Source: an uncultured Chloroflexia bacterium
Lineage (GTDB): Bacteria > Chloroflexota > Anaerolineae > B4-G1 > SLSP01
Length of the DNA: 64,000 bases
Assembly (NCBI GenBank): GCA_963751345.1
Contig: CAVVUS010000030.1
Location: 320,001 to 384,000, forward strand
Direction of reading: 5' to 3'
Numbering within the stretch: position 1 is the stretch's first letter; every line of letters starts with the position of its first letter. The notes below the pieces were generated by a model, which worked only from the letters and a program-made list of their open reading frames with translations, ran no database searches and was not told where the DNA came from. The position numbers and the translations under genes are program-made. This document shows positions 62,678 to 64,000 of this stretch, piece by piece.

Positions 62678-64000
62678 GTGAGTAGCGTCCGCTTTCTAAT
62701 CGGCAAAACCCTAGGCAAATACGAGATCCTTGAGCACATCGGCCATGGCGGCATGTCGGAGGTGTACAAGGGCCAGCAGGCCCAACTCGACCGCATGGTG
62801 GCCATTAAAGTGCTGCACCCATTCCTGGCGGATGATCAAGGGTTTGTGGTTCGCTTCCAGCGTGAGGCCCGCATCGTGGCCACGATGCGCCATCCCAACA
62901 TCGTCCAGGTCTACGACTTCGATTACAACGAGCCGTTGGCCCTCTACTATATGGTCATGGAGTATATCGAGGGGCCAACGCTAAAGGACCGGCTGCAGGA
63001 AGGTCCGCTGAGCTGTGAGCAGGTCATTCACATCGGTGCGGCGGTTGCGGGTGCCCTTGACTACGCTCACCAGCGGGCCATGGTTCATCGTGACATCAAG
63101 CCCGCGAATATCATGTTTCTCAGCGAGGCCGAACCCGTCCTCACCGACTTTGGCATCGCGAGGATGCTGACGCTTTCCGGCCTGACGGCAAGCGGCGCAA
63201 TGGTGGGAACGCCGGCCTACATGGCGCCTGAGATCGGCAAGGGTAAGGCCGGAACCGCCTCCTCCGATATCTACTCCCTGAGTGTGGTGCTTTACGAAGC
63301 GATAACCGGGCAGCTTCCCTTCTCCGCAGAATCGCCGATGGGGATGGTGATGGAGCACATCAACACGCCTCCTCCTCGCCCACGCCTCCTCGCGCCCTCG
63401 ATTCCGGCCGCACTCGAGGAGATCATCGTCCGGGGGCTCGAGAAAGAGCCGGAGGATCGATTCAGCAGCGCCGGGGAAATGGCCGACGCCCTTCGTCTCG
63501 CGCTGGATTTGGGTGAAGAGAGCCCCTTTGTCCGGCCGCTCAGCAGCGTCGTTGCCTCGGCGGGCCAGGGGCTCAGTCTCCCACAGGATGACGGTCTCAA
63601 GGACGGGACGCCACCACCCGAGCCCGGAGGCGCTGAGGAGGGGACGCCCGCTTCGACGGGGGTTGAAGGGAACGCCGGAGAGGAGCGGTTGGCCGAACTC
63701 CAGGAGATGTCGACCGCCAGCCAGACGGATGCCGGGATGATCGCGCCCCCCCAGCCGGAGCGAAAGCTTCCGGCATCACGGTGGCGGATCGGGTGGCTGC
63801 GCTTGAGCTTGCTCGCGCTCCTGGCCTCTGTCATAGGCGGCGGCATCTGGCTTATGGCCGGTGATGGTTCCCCGATGGCCCTACAGGGTCTCCACTCTCC
63901 GGCCTCTGTCGACGCAGTGACGGCGAGTCCGTTACCTTCCGCCCCAATCTCCAGCCCAACGCGCACTCCGTCTCCGTCGGTAACACCGCGCGTGACGCCA
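62678..64000 (+). CDS. Hanks-type Ser/Thr protein kinase with TM helix (3' end runs off the window)
   Basis: Manual translation from GTG 62678 gives IGHGGMSEVY, VAIKVL, HPNIVQVYD, HRDIKPAN, LTDFG, YMAPE and DIYSL, then a hydrophobic segment near 63800-63855 and a Thr/Pro tail. Confidence 0.93.
   Translation, partial: MSSVRFLIGKTLGKYEILEHIGHGGMSEVYKGQQAQLDRMVAIKVLHPFLADDQGFVVRFQREARIVATMRHPNIVQVYDFDYNEPLALYYMVMEYIEGPTLKDRLQEGPLSCEQVIHIGAAVAGALDYAHQRAMVHRDIKPANIMFLSEAEPVLTDFGIARMLTLSGLTASGAMVGTPAYMAPEIGKGKAGTASSDIYSLSVVLYEAITGQLPFSAESPMGMVMEHINTPPPRPRLLAPSIPAALEEIIVRGLEKEPEDRFSSAGEMADALRLALDLGEESPFVRPLSSVVASAGQGLSLPQDDGLKDGTPPPEPGGAEEGTPASTGVEGNAGEERLAELQEMSTASQTDAGMIAPPQPERKLPASRWRIGWLRLSLLALLASVIGGGIWLMAGDGSPMALQGLHSPASVDAVTASPLPSAPISSPTRTPSPSVTPRVTP

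Overview
GC-rich bacterial chromosomal window, most likely from an Anaerolineae/Chloroflexota genome (inference from Thr/Pro-rich lipoprotein linkers, REP families and the AcnX/UbiD set). The consensus is rich in indels: about half the genes, including housekeeping genes, are split by single-base frameshifts that look like long-read errors rather than pseudogenisation. 1-22.5 kb holds mixed housekeeping and envelope genes: two tandem signal peptidases I, rsmG, a TPR lytic transglycosylase, a DHODH-like protein, a PduO-type adenosyltransferase, a stand-alone Cys-free rpsD, surE, thpR, a GT4, thiI, a UbiD decarboxylase, scpB and a flippase-like fusion. 22.6-27.1 kb encodes a two-subunit aconitase X (probable archaeal-type mevalonate pathway phosphomevalonate dehydratase) and a fused 2Fe-2S/molybdopterin oxidoreductase. 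27.2-59 kb is a ~31 kb, almost entirely minus-strand carbohydrate-utilisation locus: GntR/LacI regulator, Opp-type ABC importer, five Gfo/Idh/MocA oxidoreductases, three GxGYxYP-family proteins, a beta-helix protein, an unassigned candidate glycoside hydrolase, GH38, an aldo/keto reductase and GH43. 59-64 kb holds coaE, an ABC-F, a 1-phosphofructokinase and a partial Ser/Thr kinase. Several REP-like palindrome families occur, including one GTAG-type copy inside the GH38 coding sequence. No rRNA, tRNA, CRISPR array or transposase was recognised.
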